Assembly: GCA_013265495.1 (NCBI GenBank)
Contig: MU058718.1
Span: 3,672,081 to 3,736,080 of the forward strand
Length of the DNA: 64,000 nucleotides
Source: Vicugna vicugna
Lineage: Eukaryota
Direction of reading: 5' to 3'
Below, piece after piece: positions 36,526 to 50,428 of the stretch (the stretch's first letter is position 1; every line of letters starts with the position of its first letter). The notes under the pieces were generated by a model. The model was not told the origin of the DNA. It worked only from the letters and a program-made list of their open reading frames with translations, and searched no databases. The position numbers were made by a program, and so were the translations under genes.

Positions 36526-38681
36526 TTTCCAAAAATTATTATAGGCTCAAAAGAGTTTTATTTATGTGGGTATATTGATTGATATTAAACAAATTAGAAA
36601 TTAAAATGAGAAATTTAAAAAATTATCCCTCTGGATTTGTTTACATAAAAGACATAAACTTTTAGTTTGCTTAAGCCACTATTATTTTAGATTTTGTGAT
36701 CACATGCAGCCAAATCTAATCCTAACTGAGACCAAGAGTTAGTTGGATGTTGGGGTGGAATAGAGAGGTCTTGATCTTCTCACTTGCCACTCTGAGAAAA
36801 GATGGGGAAGACCAAGAAAAATAGAACTTAGTTCTGTGGCTGGTTTCCTGGAGAGAACAGGGTAAATTTTATGTTTAAAGGTGACATATCCACTAGGGAA
36901 GAACAAAAGTGGTGGAAGCTGGAGAGGGAGAGAAGCAGAAGCAGTAGGCTGCAGTGCTGGAACCTAATTAAATGCAGCAGTTTTATTTTTGCATTGACAT
37001 CCAATGTTATAGTCTCTGGATTCCACTTTTCAAGTAGAGCTACATTGGCTGCACTTTGATCCTGAAATAAGACTGGTCATACTATCATTGAACAATAGAG
37101 AGAACTAGACAGTCACACATATGGTATTAAGGAGATGACCTTCTGGCACTATTTATCCTAAGAACTGCAGTGGATATCTGAAAGTAGGGTCTTTAGAAGA
37201 GAAGCCATGATGTTTTTGCCTATAGGTAGCAGTACCATTAGGACATAGGCACCAGTTTTGGGTTTTATTGCTGTTGATTTTTTCAAAACATAGATTTTCT
37301 TATCCTAGAACAATCACTCCAGTGGAATCTGAAACCAAGAAGAGCCCCAAACAAATAGCCGAATACATTAAGAGAGCATTTTTGAAGACTCCCTTTGAAA
37401 AGATCACTTAAGTTTTTTCATATTTTCTGAGAACAAAGTCTACCAAAAGTAACTAGTGGGTTCTACTCCACTCCTCTCCCTTAGTTTAATCTCTTCCTCT
37501 ACTCCAGGATGGCCACTTCATTGCCTGAGAAATTATCCACTGAAATCTATAAATAAGCCAAGAATGCTCTGTGTGTTTTAGCTTAGGCCACGCTCTTCTA
37601 GTATGATACCACAAACCTCAGACTCATCACTACTAATTACCCAAGAGACCAATCCCAAACAGGAGGCAATAATTAAAACAGACTAGTCACACCTTTCTAC
37701 AGTCATCTACCTACCTCCTAGCCTTCCCCCTCACTGACTTGGGTCACTGTCTTATCTCTAGTACTTCTATCACCATTCCTAGCACTTTTAAAATCCCACG
37801 GTTGATATATCCAAATCATGTGGCCTCATCTTTTCCTCCACCTTACCTTATCATCACTCGTAATTTCAACATATCTGATATCTTTATTATTTCAAGCATC
37901 CATCTCTTTGAATATTGCCTATCTTTCCTCTTCTCTACTTTTTAAAAGTCATTTCCTCCATCCATTGATCACTAATCCCCTACCTCATATCTGCATAAAT
38001 CTCTTCACCCAGCTTATATCCCGTGATCCATCCAGGTAAGCAGTCCCTTGAAAACAGTTTGTTTGATCTCATCTAACTACATTATACTCATTTGGAACAA
38101 TTCCAACCCTGGTTAAACCCAAGTCTCTCCCTATTCTGCAGTTATACCAGAGCAATCGAAAATGTTTTTCGTTAGCCAGACAACTGCTCTGACTGGTCTC
38201 ATTTTAAATTAATAAACACCAATATCCAGTGACCCTTCAGCACTGCCTAACAATTTCATTGCATTTCTTTAGAAAAATTTGATTTCCCATTATCCAAGAA
38301 AATGGTTTTACACATTCTGTCTAATCAAATCTCCAATACTCCCATTTATCTTCCTTACTTTCAACTAATAATTCTCTGAGAAATTAAAAGGAATCATAAG
38401 AAAACAATCTCATCTACTCACTTCCAATTCTACCCAGTCCCCTGCATGTCCACTAATAACTTACAATGAATAAACTGTCCTTGTTCCCAAGGCCAACACC
38501 TTTATGAACTGGATCCTGTCCCTTCTTGCCTTCTCAAGGATATTTTCCTACAATTATTCCTTCTCTCTTACATTACCAGGTATCCTTTCTCTGTTGTTCC
38601 CATCAGTACCTCTCCCATTCTCCATGATTTTTCAAAGGTCCTTAACAGAAGTTGAGCCATTTCATTCACAAGTTTTCTCTC

Positions 38682-39498
38682 TTTTTTTTTTTAAATTGAA
38701 GCATAGTCAGGTTACAATGTTGTGTCAATTCCTGGGGTACAGCATAATATTTCAGTCATACATACACAAACATATATCCATTTTCATATTCTTCTTCACT
38801 ATAGGTTACTAGATGATGTTGAATATAGTTCTCTGTGCTACACAGAAGAAACTTGTTGTATATGTTATGTATAACAGTATCTGCAAATCTTGAACTCCCA
38901 ATGTATCCTTTCCTACCCCTTTTCCCCCCTGCTAGCCATAAGTTTGTTTTCTATGTCTGTGAGTCTGTGTCTGTTCTGTAAATAAGTTCATTTGTATAGT
39001 ATTTTTTTTTAGATTCCACATATAAGTGATATCATATGGTATTTTTCTTTCTCTTTCTGGCTTACTTCACTTAGGTTAACGATCTTCAGGGCCATCCATG
39101 TTGCTGAAAATGACATTTTATTCTTTTTATGACTAAGTAGTATTCCATTGTGTAAATATACCATTGCTTCTTTATTCAGTCATCTGCCGATGGACATTTA
39201 GGTTGTTTCCACGTGTTGGCTATTGTAAGTAGTGCTTCTATGAATGTTGGGGTGCATGTATCTTTTCAAATTAGAGTTCCCTCCAGATATATGCCCATGA
39301 GTGGGATTGCTGGATCATATGGTAAGTATATTAGTTTTTTGAGGAATCTCCATACTATTTTACATAATGGCTGCACCAAACTGCATTCCCATCAACAGTG
39401 TAGGAGGGTTTCCTTTTCTCCACACCCTCTCCAGCATTTATCATTTGTGGACTTTTTAATGATGGCCATTCTGGCTGGTGTGAGGTGATACCTCATTG
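38682..39498 (-). mobile_element. Young L1 3' end (ORF2 tail plus 3' UTR)
   Basis: Poly-T then ttgaagcatagtcaggttacaatgttgtg...gattccacatataagtgatatcatatgg...gtgaggtgatacctcattg. Confidence 0.88.
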
Positions 39499-39499
39499 G

Positions 39500-39961
39500 A
39501 TATCTGAGGGATTATAAACTTCCTACCACGGATGTAGAAAACTTAAACTCTATTAACAAATTTGAACTGACATTTATGGAACATTCCACCCAACAGCAAC
39601 AGCACATTCAAGTGAATATGGAACACTTACCAAAACAGACAATGTTCTGAGCCATAAAACCAATCTCAATGCATTTAAAAGGATTCAAGTCATACAAAGT
39701 AAATTTCCTTTTAAAAGACTTTAGTCAAGTATGATGAACTCTGAAAACTCAACAATAAATAAACCCAATAAAAATTGACAAAGATTTGAACAGGCACCAA
39801 GCAAGAATGGCAAGTAAGCACACGAAAAAAATTTCAACATCATTAGTTATTAGAGAAATGCTAATGAAAACCACAAGATACTACCACATACCTACTTGAA
39901 TGGCTAATGAAAAATGACTGACCAAAACAAGTATGAGTTAGAATGTGGAGTAACAGGAATT

Positions 39962-39999
<38 letters not shown>

Positions 40000-40635
40000 G
40001 ACAGTGAGACTGTAAAGAGACTAAAATGGTACAGCTACTTTGGAAAACAGTTTGGCAGTTTCTTAAGAAGTTAAAAACATATATATTCCCTGTCATTGCC
40101 TTCCTGATATTTAACCATGAGAAACAAAAGCACATGTTCATACTAAGGCATGTACATGAGTGTTCATAGCCACTTTATTTATGATGGCCAAAAACTGAAG
40201 ACAGCTCATATGTCTGTCAATAGATGAATGGATAAACAACCTGTGATATGTCCACAGAATGAACTACTATTCCAATAAAAAGCAACGAGGTACTGTACAC
40301 ACAACATGGATGAATCTCAAAAGAATTATTTTGAGTAAAAGAAACCAGAGGATAAAAGTACATATGTATAATTTCATTTATATAACCTTAATCACCTGCA
40401 AACTAATCTGTAGTGACATAAAGCAGACCAGATGGAAGCTCGTGGGAAGGAGTGGAGAGCAGGGAATACAAAAGAGGATAAGGAAACTTTTTGGGGTGAT
40501 GGGTTTGTTCATTGTCTTCATCATGGTGGTGGTTTCTCAGGTTTTATACATGTCAAAACTTATAAAATTGTATACTTTAAACATGTGCATTTTATTATAC
40601 GTAAATTATACCTCAATAAAGCAATTAAGAAAAAA
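39500..40635 (+). mobile_element. Older L1 fragments (ORF2 pieces and 3' UTR)
   Basis: acattccacccaacagcaac...gccataaaac; catgttcatac...gatgaatggataaac...aattatacctcaataaa. Confidence 0.75.
39964..39995. repeat. (CA)16 microsatellite
   Basis: Direct read. Confidence 0.95.
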
Positions 40636-41209
40636 GGGGCAACTTGATAGAAATCTGTGTTAGAATGCAGATGAAAACAGAATGTTAATCATGATCTATT
40701 TTCAGGTGTATATAGATTTGTGGAGTATATTTCTATTTATTTCCTATAATTGTTTTTCCAATCTTGTCTCATTTTGATAACAACAACACAGTAGGTCTCC
40801 TAAGCTTGCCCTTTCAGCATGAGACAAGGGATTCCTGATATATTTACACATACTACTTGATGCTTTTTCTTTCTAACACCAAAACACATGATATACTCAA
40901 CTTCACTCAGAGGACTCAAACATAGAACTTATTCATTTCTTCAAAGAAAATTCAGATCAAATTTTTCTTCAGTGTTTTCTTACTCTACTGAAATTCATCC
41001 ACATTGTTAATATATACTTCTGTGGATCTATCAGGTTCAAGATACTTGTGTGAGATAAAAAGAGAGGAGATATCCTACACCTAGAAAAGTTTAAAGATTA
41101 CTTATATTAGAAGAACATATGAAAAACAGAGATTAAAGATAGATACTCTTATTCACTGCTGATGGGAAATTTTGGATATTAAAACCTTGAAACTATTTGT
41201 AAACTCTTT

Positions 41210-42235
41210 GCATTAGTTTCTGATTGCTGCTGTAACAAATTACTAATTTAGCGGCATAAAACAACACAGATTTATTACTTACAGTTCTGGAGGGTAGAAG
41301 TTCAAAACCGGTCTCACTGGAATACAGTCTAGGTGTTGGCAGGGCTGGTTCCTTCTGGAGGCCCTGAGGGGAGAATTAATTTCCTTGACTTTTTCAGCTT
41401 CTGAGGCTACCTGTACCGCTTAGCTCATGGCTCTTTCCTCGAATCACTGCAACCTCTTGCTTCCATCATCACATCACCTATTTTAAATGTTGCCAGAGCT
41501 GTTCCAGGTCTTTACTCACAACCTCCAACCCCAACCTTTAGCAGAAGTTAACATAAATCTCTAAGTTAAAGGGTCCAGAAATAAGAAAGGAAGCTAAAAA
41601 CAAACAAACAACCCAGATGGAACCAGCTGGGTCCAAGACAGCCACGAATCTGAACTCCAACAGACTCTGAGTCTCATTATATTTTACTTTATTAGCATAT
41701 GAAATGACACAGCATATGAAGTGCCAGGCATTAAGGACCAAAAAAGGATAAAAAGGGGGTGGCACCCCACTCCCTCAAAAAAGCACTGCCCCTTCCCCAG
41801 TAGACTAATGCATATGATTCCCCATTCTTAGCCTCCTCCTCTCTTTGTTTTCACTCTTTAAAATTAAACCCCTCTTACCAGGTGGACAAGAAGCTGAACT
41901 GTAAACTTAGTTCCGGCTTCTTCATTCTTCGGCCACTGAATAAAGCTTGTGCTGTGTCAATCTCAGCTTCGGTTTTATTATTGGCTGCTCAAACCGGAAC
42001 AGAAAAAGAACCCTCCCCCGCTGAGGCTCTTTGCCTGAGCACGGTCTGTAAGACTTAATTCGGTAACATAAAGATCCTTATGATTATATTGGGCCCACCT
42101 GGAAAATCCAAGCTGCTCTTCCCATTTGAGATTCTTAATCACATCTGTGAAGTCCCCCTTATTATGTTAATGTATTCCCAGGTTTCGTGGATTACAGTGT
42201 GGACATTTTTGGGGTGGCATTATCTAGCCTACCAC
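41210..42235 (-). mobile_element. MLT1-type MaLR LTR split by an ERV solo LTR
   Basis: attagtttctgattgctgctgtaacaaattac...cagttctggagggtagaag (5' piece) and gattatattgggcccacctgga...tctagcctaccaca (3' piece). Confidence 0.8.
41488..42068 (+). mobile_element. ERV solo LTR (581 bp, 4-bp TSD, ERV1-like)
   Basis: Inverted ends TGTTGCC...GGTAACA; TSD TAAA at 41484-41487 and 42069-42072; AATAAA at 41939. Confidence 0.8.
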
Positions 42236-42781
42236 ACTCTTTGACCCAGATATTTTGCCTCTAAGAGTTTAATCCAAAGAAAACGTACACAGAAATTCAA
42301 CTCTAAGAGTTATTCGCGTGAGGAACCAATTACTAATTTGATGCTAGAACAGGGAATTTCTCCATATTCATAACAAAAGCTACAGTGCTTGTAGTTTATC
42401 TGAACTGTTCTAGCCATGGATCCTCATATTATACTCAGTAGTGTCAGTATTTCAAGTATTAGTTATATTACTATTAGAATCCAATGAAGTTTAGGATTTA
42501 GATGGGGCAGTTTTGTGAGGAATGATGTGTGTGTTTATGGGGTGAAAGAAATGGAGATAGTAAAGAAAAAAAAGTAGGTTGAAATTTCTCTTTTCCCCCT
42601 ATATTCTCAGTCATTGTAATCCCAACCAAAAATATCGAAGTTGTCACTGGGAAGATTGATGACACTGTAATTAATTGTCTTGGCTGCCAGATATAATCAT
42701 TCAGTTCTATTAACTAATCAAGTATGAGATAATCAGGCCCTCACATGCAAGTCAATACATGCTCTACATTTGGAGGAGACT

Positions 42782-43318
42782 TGCAGAAAAATGGGGTGCG
42801 AGAGGATGGTCATGTCCCAGATCTTTGGTGAGTCCCTGAGAGAGGTCCTGCCAAGTGAAGGTCCTTGGCTCCATGCAGGGAAGAATTTAAGCGTGAGCCA
42901 TAGTAAAGTGAAAGCAAGCAAGTTTATTTAGAGAGATACATATTTCATAGACAGAATGCAGTCTGTCTCAGAAGGGAGAGCAGCCTTGGGGTTAGTTAGT
43001 TTTTATAGGCTGGGTAATTTTATACAAGTAGAAGGATTATTCCAACTATTTGGGGGAAGGGGCAGGGATTTCCAGATATTGGGCCATCACCCACTTTTTG
43101 GCCTTTTATGGTCAATCTCAGAACTGTCGTGGTGCCTCTGGGTGAGCCACTTAGCATGCTAGTGTATTACAATGAGCGTGTAATGAGACCCAAGGTCTAC
43201 TGGAAGTCGACTCTTCTGCCATCTTGGGCCTAACTGGTTCTAAGTAGTATTTGTCCTATACTCAATGGCTGTGTCATTCTTTCAATGGTTGTGCCCTGCC
43301 GCCTTCCCTCCTATTTCA
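42782..43318 (-). mobile_element. ERV solo LTR (537 bp, 5-bp TSD)
   Basis: TG...CA ends; TSD AGACT at 42777-42781 and 43319-43323; TTTATT at ~42923 is AATAAA on the minus strand. Confidence 0.75.
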
Positions 43319-44479
43319 AGACTATTATGGAAATCCTGAAGATCAATGTGTTTAGAAGCCTAATAGCATTGAGAATGTAACAGTGAAACAAATTAGTGAA
43401 ATACAATATTTGAATGGTACTATTAAGTGATTTGGAACAGAAATTCCAAAAATACTTTCTCAATAGAAGTTCTAGGAATTCAGAGGCCTCTGAGTAATAC
43501 ATGAATCATAAGGAAGAAATCTGTTATTTTTATGGCTTTTATTTATACTATCCTTTAGTATTCCTCTTCTACTAATTTCTGGGACATTCCTTTCATCCTT
43601 TTTCAATGGCTCATATTTTGTTTTTTAGCATATTCCATGCCTTCTGACATGCCTTTACATTCCTTAACTTTCTCCTCTCCATCACTTCCACGTCTACTAC
43701 AACTATTGGCTAATGTGGTCATACTTGGTAACTATCATTTAAAACTCTTGAAATTCCCCTCTGACCACAACCTCCTATTCATGCCCTCCAATTTCCTCAC
43801 TCCACTGAACCTACTCTTTGTCTACAATGTTACTGTTAGTTCCTCAATCTTAATCAGCATGAGGTAAACAGCATCACTTGCCAAAGGCAGAGGATCTTAA
43901 TATTCGATGTCCTGTTCAGACCTGTCTTGACTAAATGCATGATTTGGGTGAAGTTTTAGAAGATACTAAGCTCTTTAAAGCAAAAAATTTTAAAGAGGTA
44001 TTGACATGGGAAAACCCAAGGCAAAGTCTGGTTTGTTTAAAAAATCTTCATTCCCACAATTGTTTAGGCTTTTCCATATTAAAATGTTTTTAATATTTAC
44101 CACCAGTCCATTTTCAACTACTCCTCCAACCCCAAATTTTAAATTTTGACTAATCTCTTGGTTTGTTGGATTTCACCCTCAAGTAGGTCTTTTCCAAAGG
44201 GTCACAATGCTGTATTCCCCAAAGTTTTTCATGTTTCATTGCTTTATTTCCCTGAATCTTCAGTCTTTATCATCTTCTTAATTTGTTCCAAATTGCACAG
44301 ATTTCTTAAGTTCCTTCTTTTCCTAGGTATATCCTCCTAGAGTCCTCTTAAATCCAATTCCAACTGGACTGAGTTCCAGCTGTACAGCTGTGATACTGAG
44401 AAATTCATTTTTCTCCTGAGTTAGTCACTATTTCTTTAATCACTATTTCCGTGTTTTTGTTTTGTTTGTTCTTTGTGGG

Positions 44480-45900
44480 TAAGAGAATTTAGGGTAAGAG
44501 AATTTATTCTCTCATTTTGTTAGAACTTATCTCCTGGTAACTTACAGGATAGGGTATATGGAAAGTGTATTTTCTGATCCCTTCATGCCCCCAAATGTCT
44601 TTATTCTCCCCTAGCTTTTGACTGACACTTTGGGTAGATATGGAACTGTAAACTAAAACTGATTTTTCCATCATATTATAGCAGTCCCTGATGATTAAAA
44701 ATCTGATGCTAGTCTGATTTTCATTCCTTTATAATTGACCTTTACTTTCACTGAAAGCTTTTAGAATCTTCTCTTTATCCTCGACGTTCTGAAATTTCAC
44801 AATGTCACATTGAGACATGAATCTTTTTTCATTAATTCTGTACGGCACTTGGGAAACCCTTTCAATTGGGAAATTCCTTTCTTTCATCTTTGAAAAAATA
44901 TCTTGTATTAGTTTTTGATGATGCCCTCCCCATTTTCTCTACTATCTCTTTCTGGAACTCACATTTTCAGGATATTGGGCTTCTTATGTAGAAATTATTT
45001 CTCTTATATTTTCCCTCATATTTCACACTTCTTTTTATTCTGTTCTGGGAGAATTGCTCAATCTGTTCTCCTAACTTTCTTCTGAATATTTTACTTGGCA
45101 ATCCCTATCTTTAATTTCTAAGAGCTCCTTATTGCTTTCTGATTGCTTCTTTTTCATAGTATCCTGCTGTTGACCTCCTGATGCAACATCTTTTCTTAAA
45201 TTTCTCAGTTGATGTTAGTAAGTACTTAAAGTACTCATCTTATACCCTCATCTATCCTCTGAATTATCTGTTTTCTTTCGGGTCTAGTTTTCTATTTATC
45301 TTGCTATCTCTTATGTTGCAAAATTTCCTAAAATTTCTAGTAATCTTCAGTAGTGTGTTTATATTTAAGAATGGCACATTAAAAAAAAGAAATCACTTAG
45401 GCTCTGTGTGAGGGATCAGGGCCCACTGCCCGACTGACTTCTCCATGAGAGGAGTGGTTATTTTGTTGTATGACCTACAAATAACAGAATGTGAAGACTT
45501 TTGTTCTAGGGCCACTGATTTCTTCAGAAAAGCACCCTAAGATTCCCTGTCTGGGGGATAGGTGCCTAACTGCCTGAAATTCTTTGGAGGATAGAGAGTG
45601 GAAGTTTGACTTTCAATTAATACCTTTTTCCAGCTCTACACTTCTTTCCTAACTTCTTAACTGAACCAGGTACTTGTGAGTTCTAAGTCTCTCCTAGATC
45701 TTTGGCTGTATGTGCTTTCACAAGTATTTTAGGCTGTGGCTTCCTCTGGCCTGCTTCATCTGTTCTCTTCACCTCCTTTCCACCTTACCTCACTCCCAGC
45801 ACTCTAGTTGAAATTCATTGATGTCATGTCTACTGATGGCTCACCTTGTGTTCTCATAATAACTATGATTTTATTCCCCTTTTATTCTTTGTCAATTAAG
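44480..45900 (-). mobile_element. Ancient L1/HAL1-like fragment
   Basis: T-rich degenerate antisense L1 text (aatctgatgctagtctgattttc...gttctgaaatttcacaatg). Boundaries approximate. Confidence 0.55.
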
Positions 45901-47342
45901 CGGGGTTTCAGGAGGGAGAGAAGATATATTTATGTGGCCAGTCTCCACATAGAACAGGACAGTTCCATTTTTTCTCTTAAAGCTTTGCATTCTGGCTCTA
46001 ATCGCAAGAATTCTAATTAAACTGGTTTCTTGAAAATATTTAAACAAATGCATTTTTCATTCCCTCCTTCTCCATAAATATGTTTACCTTGCACTCCAAG
46101 GCTAAAGCTTATTGCCCAAGAGAAGAAAGTCAGTGGGTCCGTCAAGAAAGCAGTCCACAAGGTAGGGAAGAGGTGATACACAAGAAGTTCCCACAAGACA
46201 TGAAATGGAAGTGAAGAGATTCTGGTAGGGAGAAGACTTTGAGCACAGAATATGTTCCAGGCTTGAGTAAGAGATGGTAGTGTTAAAAGGCTAGTGAAAT
46301 ATGCACAGCTATTAAAGACAGAGGAATACTTTATCTCCATCTCAATCTGAGACTCTTGGAAATCATTTGCAGGGGGCCTCTGCATTAGCACAGAGTGGCC
46401 ACAGCAAAAAAGAAATAGTGGTGTAGCTTATTAGATTATGTTTCTGATTATTCCTTGGCTTCCACGTGGCATAGAAGGGATGCAGGTGTTTCCACATAGA
46501 TATACATCAGTATACCCCTCATAATGAGAATCCTGGGTAAATTTTTACTAAGTTCTCAAAAAAAAAAACCTAAAAGCCAAGTAAATATTAACCATTACAA
46601 AGAATAGTCAAAGTTGAAAGTGACTGAAGATAAAGCCCAATGTTGGAAGAAAGATAAAGTGTCCGGGGTTAGAGAGGCAAAGAGATAGAAAGGCCCATGA
46701 GGACAGACAACTGAAGTCAAAGGCTAGCACTGCCAAGAAGAAAAGATTCATCTTAGCTAATAATCACAGTTTCAGAGGACCTCTATATACAGTATATAGT
46801 ATACAGGAACAAGAGCTAAGCTTAGTAACACCAAATCTCCCAGCTTGATTCCTTTGATCAGACTTGTGATACTAATTTTCTACATTATTTGGGGGTAGGG
46901 GATGATTCACAGACACTAGAGGAGTTTAGGAACCTAACTTAGTTGCTAATGCTAGGTATTTTTATTTTCAGAGCTGTACAGATATCACACATCCTTCTCC
47001 TTCATAAGAAACAACTAAAAAAAAAAGAAAAAAGAAAAAAAGAAACAACTAAAACTTCTGTAAGGTTACTCAGGAATTTACCCTCCCAGATTTCAAAAGC
47101 AAAACTTTGGAGGCTTGAAGAGCCCTAGATTCTAGCATAATTATTACTTCTTCCTGAGACAGATTAAACTTATCTTATTATATGACCAAGAAGAGTGGGT
47201 TGGAGAATAGAAGATTCTCTTCTTTTCTTAAGAGGTTCCACATGTAGCACTTATTTCCATTTGGTTATTTCTTGGACAATCCTCTATTAGATAGTTCGTC
47301 CTTTTAAATTTTACATGCTTCTAGCAAGAGAAAGAAAAATAG

Positions 47343-47705
47343 ATTGAATCAAGATGGCGGAGTAGTAGGACCACGAACTCGCCTCTCCTAGCAACTACAA
47401 CAAAACCACAACCGACTTCTGAATAGCCATCCAGAAAAAAGAATGGAGCCTAGCAAAAAGATCTGCTTCAACTGGAAACACTGAGACAGAACCACAACAG
47501 GAAGATAAAGAAGTTCATACTGTACAGCACAGGTAACTATATTCAATACCTTGTAGTAACCTATGGTGAAAAAAAGTTTGAAAACAAATCTGTGTATGTT
47601 CATGTGTGACTGAAGCACTGTGCTGTACAGCAGAAACTGACACATTGTAAACTGACTATACTTCAATAAAAATATGTATTTTTTAAAAACTAAAAAAAAG
47701 TAAGT
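47343..47705 (+). mobile_element. Bipartite L1 derivative: L1 5' UTR start fused to L1 3' end
   Basis: CAAGATGGCG (YY1-type L1 start) at 47350; L1 3' end from 47505 to tatacttcaataaa and an A tail; core TSD aaaaatag at 47335-47342 and 47706-47713. Confidence 0.8.
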
Positions 47706-49122
47706 AAAAATAGTGTAACAATTTCAGCTCTCTTTGAAAGTAGCAACTTGGCATAAAATTTTATTTTTATGCTAATGATTTCATATAATGTTGATATTTT
47801 AACACTTGCTTTAACAGTTTTTTAATAAAAACATAGTAAAAAATTTTTTAAAGAAGAGAAATTACCTGTGTGCCTATTATACCACTGGGGTAACTGCTTT
47901 TACTTTTGTGTATTTCCTTCTACCTATGTGCCACAAAACTGTAGGGCTGAAAGGCACTGGAAATCAACTAGTCCAAATTTTTAATTTCCATGTGAGAAAA
48001 ACTAACAGCCAGAAGGCTATTAGGTTAACCCCTTATGGCCTCCTTTAAAATAAATTTTAATGCTTAATTAATAAAAAATAGTTAAGACATAAGTTATAAG
48101 TAACTCCCTAATTGTCTATTTTATCCGAGAATGCAACTGCAAAGGGAAAATACATCACTATTATGTAATACAATATTAGTTTTCTCAAAAGCTATGTCTG
48201 AAGAATTATAGCTGCAAAATTTAGATTCCTTAATATAAACTACCAGAAGCCTAGTGATTTCTAGAAAACAGATGTGAATTCAAAGTGTCTGCATTTAAGG
48301 ATTTAAATTCAAAGTTCACATAATGCTATACATTGCTACTGCTGATGCTGTCTGCAGATCGTTGATTCTGGAATGCACCTCCTTGATAAAAAGGCAAATT
48401 ACAGCTCTTAAAAAAAAGAGCACCTAATTGCAGCTTTCTCTCTATGTAATTCAAAGAATTGAAATAGCATTGAAAAGGGGAATTCTTTGCAGGCAACATA
48501 GGTGGCTCTGAAAATAACTATTAGAATCTGGACTCACATTAGTGGGGTTCTTCATGCTGTGTAAAGCATGGAGGAAAAGACCCAAAACGGGAATAGAAAA
48601 CTTGAGACTTGTCTGTCACTAACCAGGAATAAAATCTGAAGCAAAACAATTCATCTTTCTGGTTGTTTCCACATTAATAAAGTGAGGTCAGCCTAGCTGA
48701 TCTCAGAATTCTTTTCAAACTATAAAATTCTATGATTCAGCCTCCCCCTTCCCCCTGCCCATGAACGTGAAAGGTATCCTGTATTCTGTATTTCAGTCCC
48801 TGGGAAAACCCAAGTGTGAAGAGCTGGCTTTATTAAACAAGGTCTTAATATGCTTTTGTTTTCTTATCTTTTTAGGTAAATCCTGGGCAGAAACCTGGCA
48901 CTTCTTTGGTGCCCCCTTCCCTCCCTTCATCTCCCACCTTCATGTCCTATGTGTAACAAAACCCCATTGTCTCTCCATTTACGTTTCATCATTCTTCTTC
49001 ATTCACACTACCAAACACTTTAGTACTAGTCCTTATATGTGAACCATAGGAACAAATAACTGCTTTTCTTATGTTCCTCTCAGAGTAAAAATCTGCTATT
49101 CTATTGAGCTTCATTCTGTTCT

Positions 49123-49301
49123 TTTTTTTAAAAAAAACTGAGATATAGTTGATATACAATATTAAATAAGTTACAAGTATACAACATAGTGTTCCACAAT
49201 TCTTAAAGGTTATACTCCATCTATAGTTATTATCAAATATTGGCTATATTCCCTGTGTTGTACAATATATCCTTGTAGCTTATTTATTTTATACGTAATA
49301 G
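49123..49301 (-). mobile_element. Short L1 3' end with TSD ttctgttct
   Basis: gagatatagttgatatacaatatt...ggctatattccctgtgttgtacaatatatcc; TSD at 49114-49122 and 49302-49310. Confidence 0.75.
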
Positions 49302-49329
49302 TTCTGTTCTATTGTTAAGATTTACATAC

Positions 49330-50055
49330 CCACAGGAGTGATCCTTAATTTCTCTCCCTCTGACACTCCATAATCAATCTGTCAGCAAATCCTGTTGGAT
49401 TTGTCCAAAGTCTGATCACTTCTCATCATCTCCACTGCTATTACCTTGGTCCAAGCCAGCAACAGGTTCTGACTGATCTCCCTACTTTTACCTTTGTCTC
49501 CATTCAGGCTGTTTTCAACACAGCATCCAAAGCGATCCTGTTCAAAACATTGTTAGGTCATGTCACTCCTCTGCTCAAAATGAAATTCCTTACAATGACC
49601 CACAAAACGCTAGGTGCCATAGTTATCTCTCTAACGTCATTTCCCACTACTCTTCTTCTCTGCTCCAGCTACATACTTCTTATATTCCTCCAAATTATCA
49701 GGAATGCAGCAACCTGCAGTGATTTTGCACTTGCTGGTCTTTCTGCTTGGAATACTCTTCCTCTGGATAGCTGCGTTACCAGTTTCCTTTGTCACTTAAC
49801 ACCAATGTCCTCCTCATGAGCCTTCCTTGTCATTCTATCATGTTATCTAAAATTACTAACCCTTTTTTTCTAGTTTTCTTTCATCTCAGCACTTATTACT
49901 ATGTAGCATAGCATGTTTTATTTATTTTTCTTTACTGTCCTTTTCCCCATGAGAGTAGAGAGTAGGGATTCTTTGTTTATTGCTATATCACAAGCATCTA
50001 GGACAGGGCTGAGCACAGTGGATGCTCAATGAATACTTGTTGGTTACTGAATGAC
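49330..50055 (-). mobile_element. L2 LINE fragment
   Basis: caatctgtcagcaaatcctgtt...ggtccaagcc...catgtcactcctctgctcaaaa...gctcaatgaatacttgt. Confidence 0.75.
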
Positions 50056-50428
50056 TTGTGAGAGATCTGTGCCAAGGGACCATAACAGCATGCAAAGATA
50101 GAGACAGGCACTACATAAAATATCTTATTTGTCCATGGCAAAACAAAATTTGATCATGTTCCTAGCCTTGCGTAGTAAAAAATTCCTTGGCTTTTGTTAA
50201 TTGTTCACATCTCCTATCCCTGAGAAAGCATTTTTTCCCACTGCTAAAGCCTTAATTTGGTCACTAGAGGGTGCATCTCATCTTACTTGTAAATGTTATA
50301 CTGTACATTTTGCACCTCTGCTAAGTTATATAGAAGAAAGTAAGGTCTATTTTAGACTCAAAAACCCAGGTCTTTACCTTTAGTGCTCAAAATTCTAAAA
50401 AAAAATCTACGATTGGAATATTTAACTA

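Noticed and set aside
38682..39720. Opposed L1 pieces suggesting a twin-priming inversion
   Set aside because: The two pieces differ clearly in divergence and I see no shared TSD; independent insertions are more likely.
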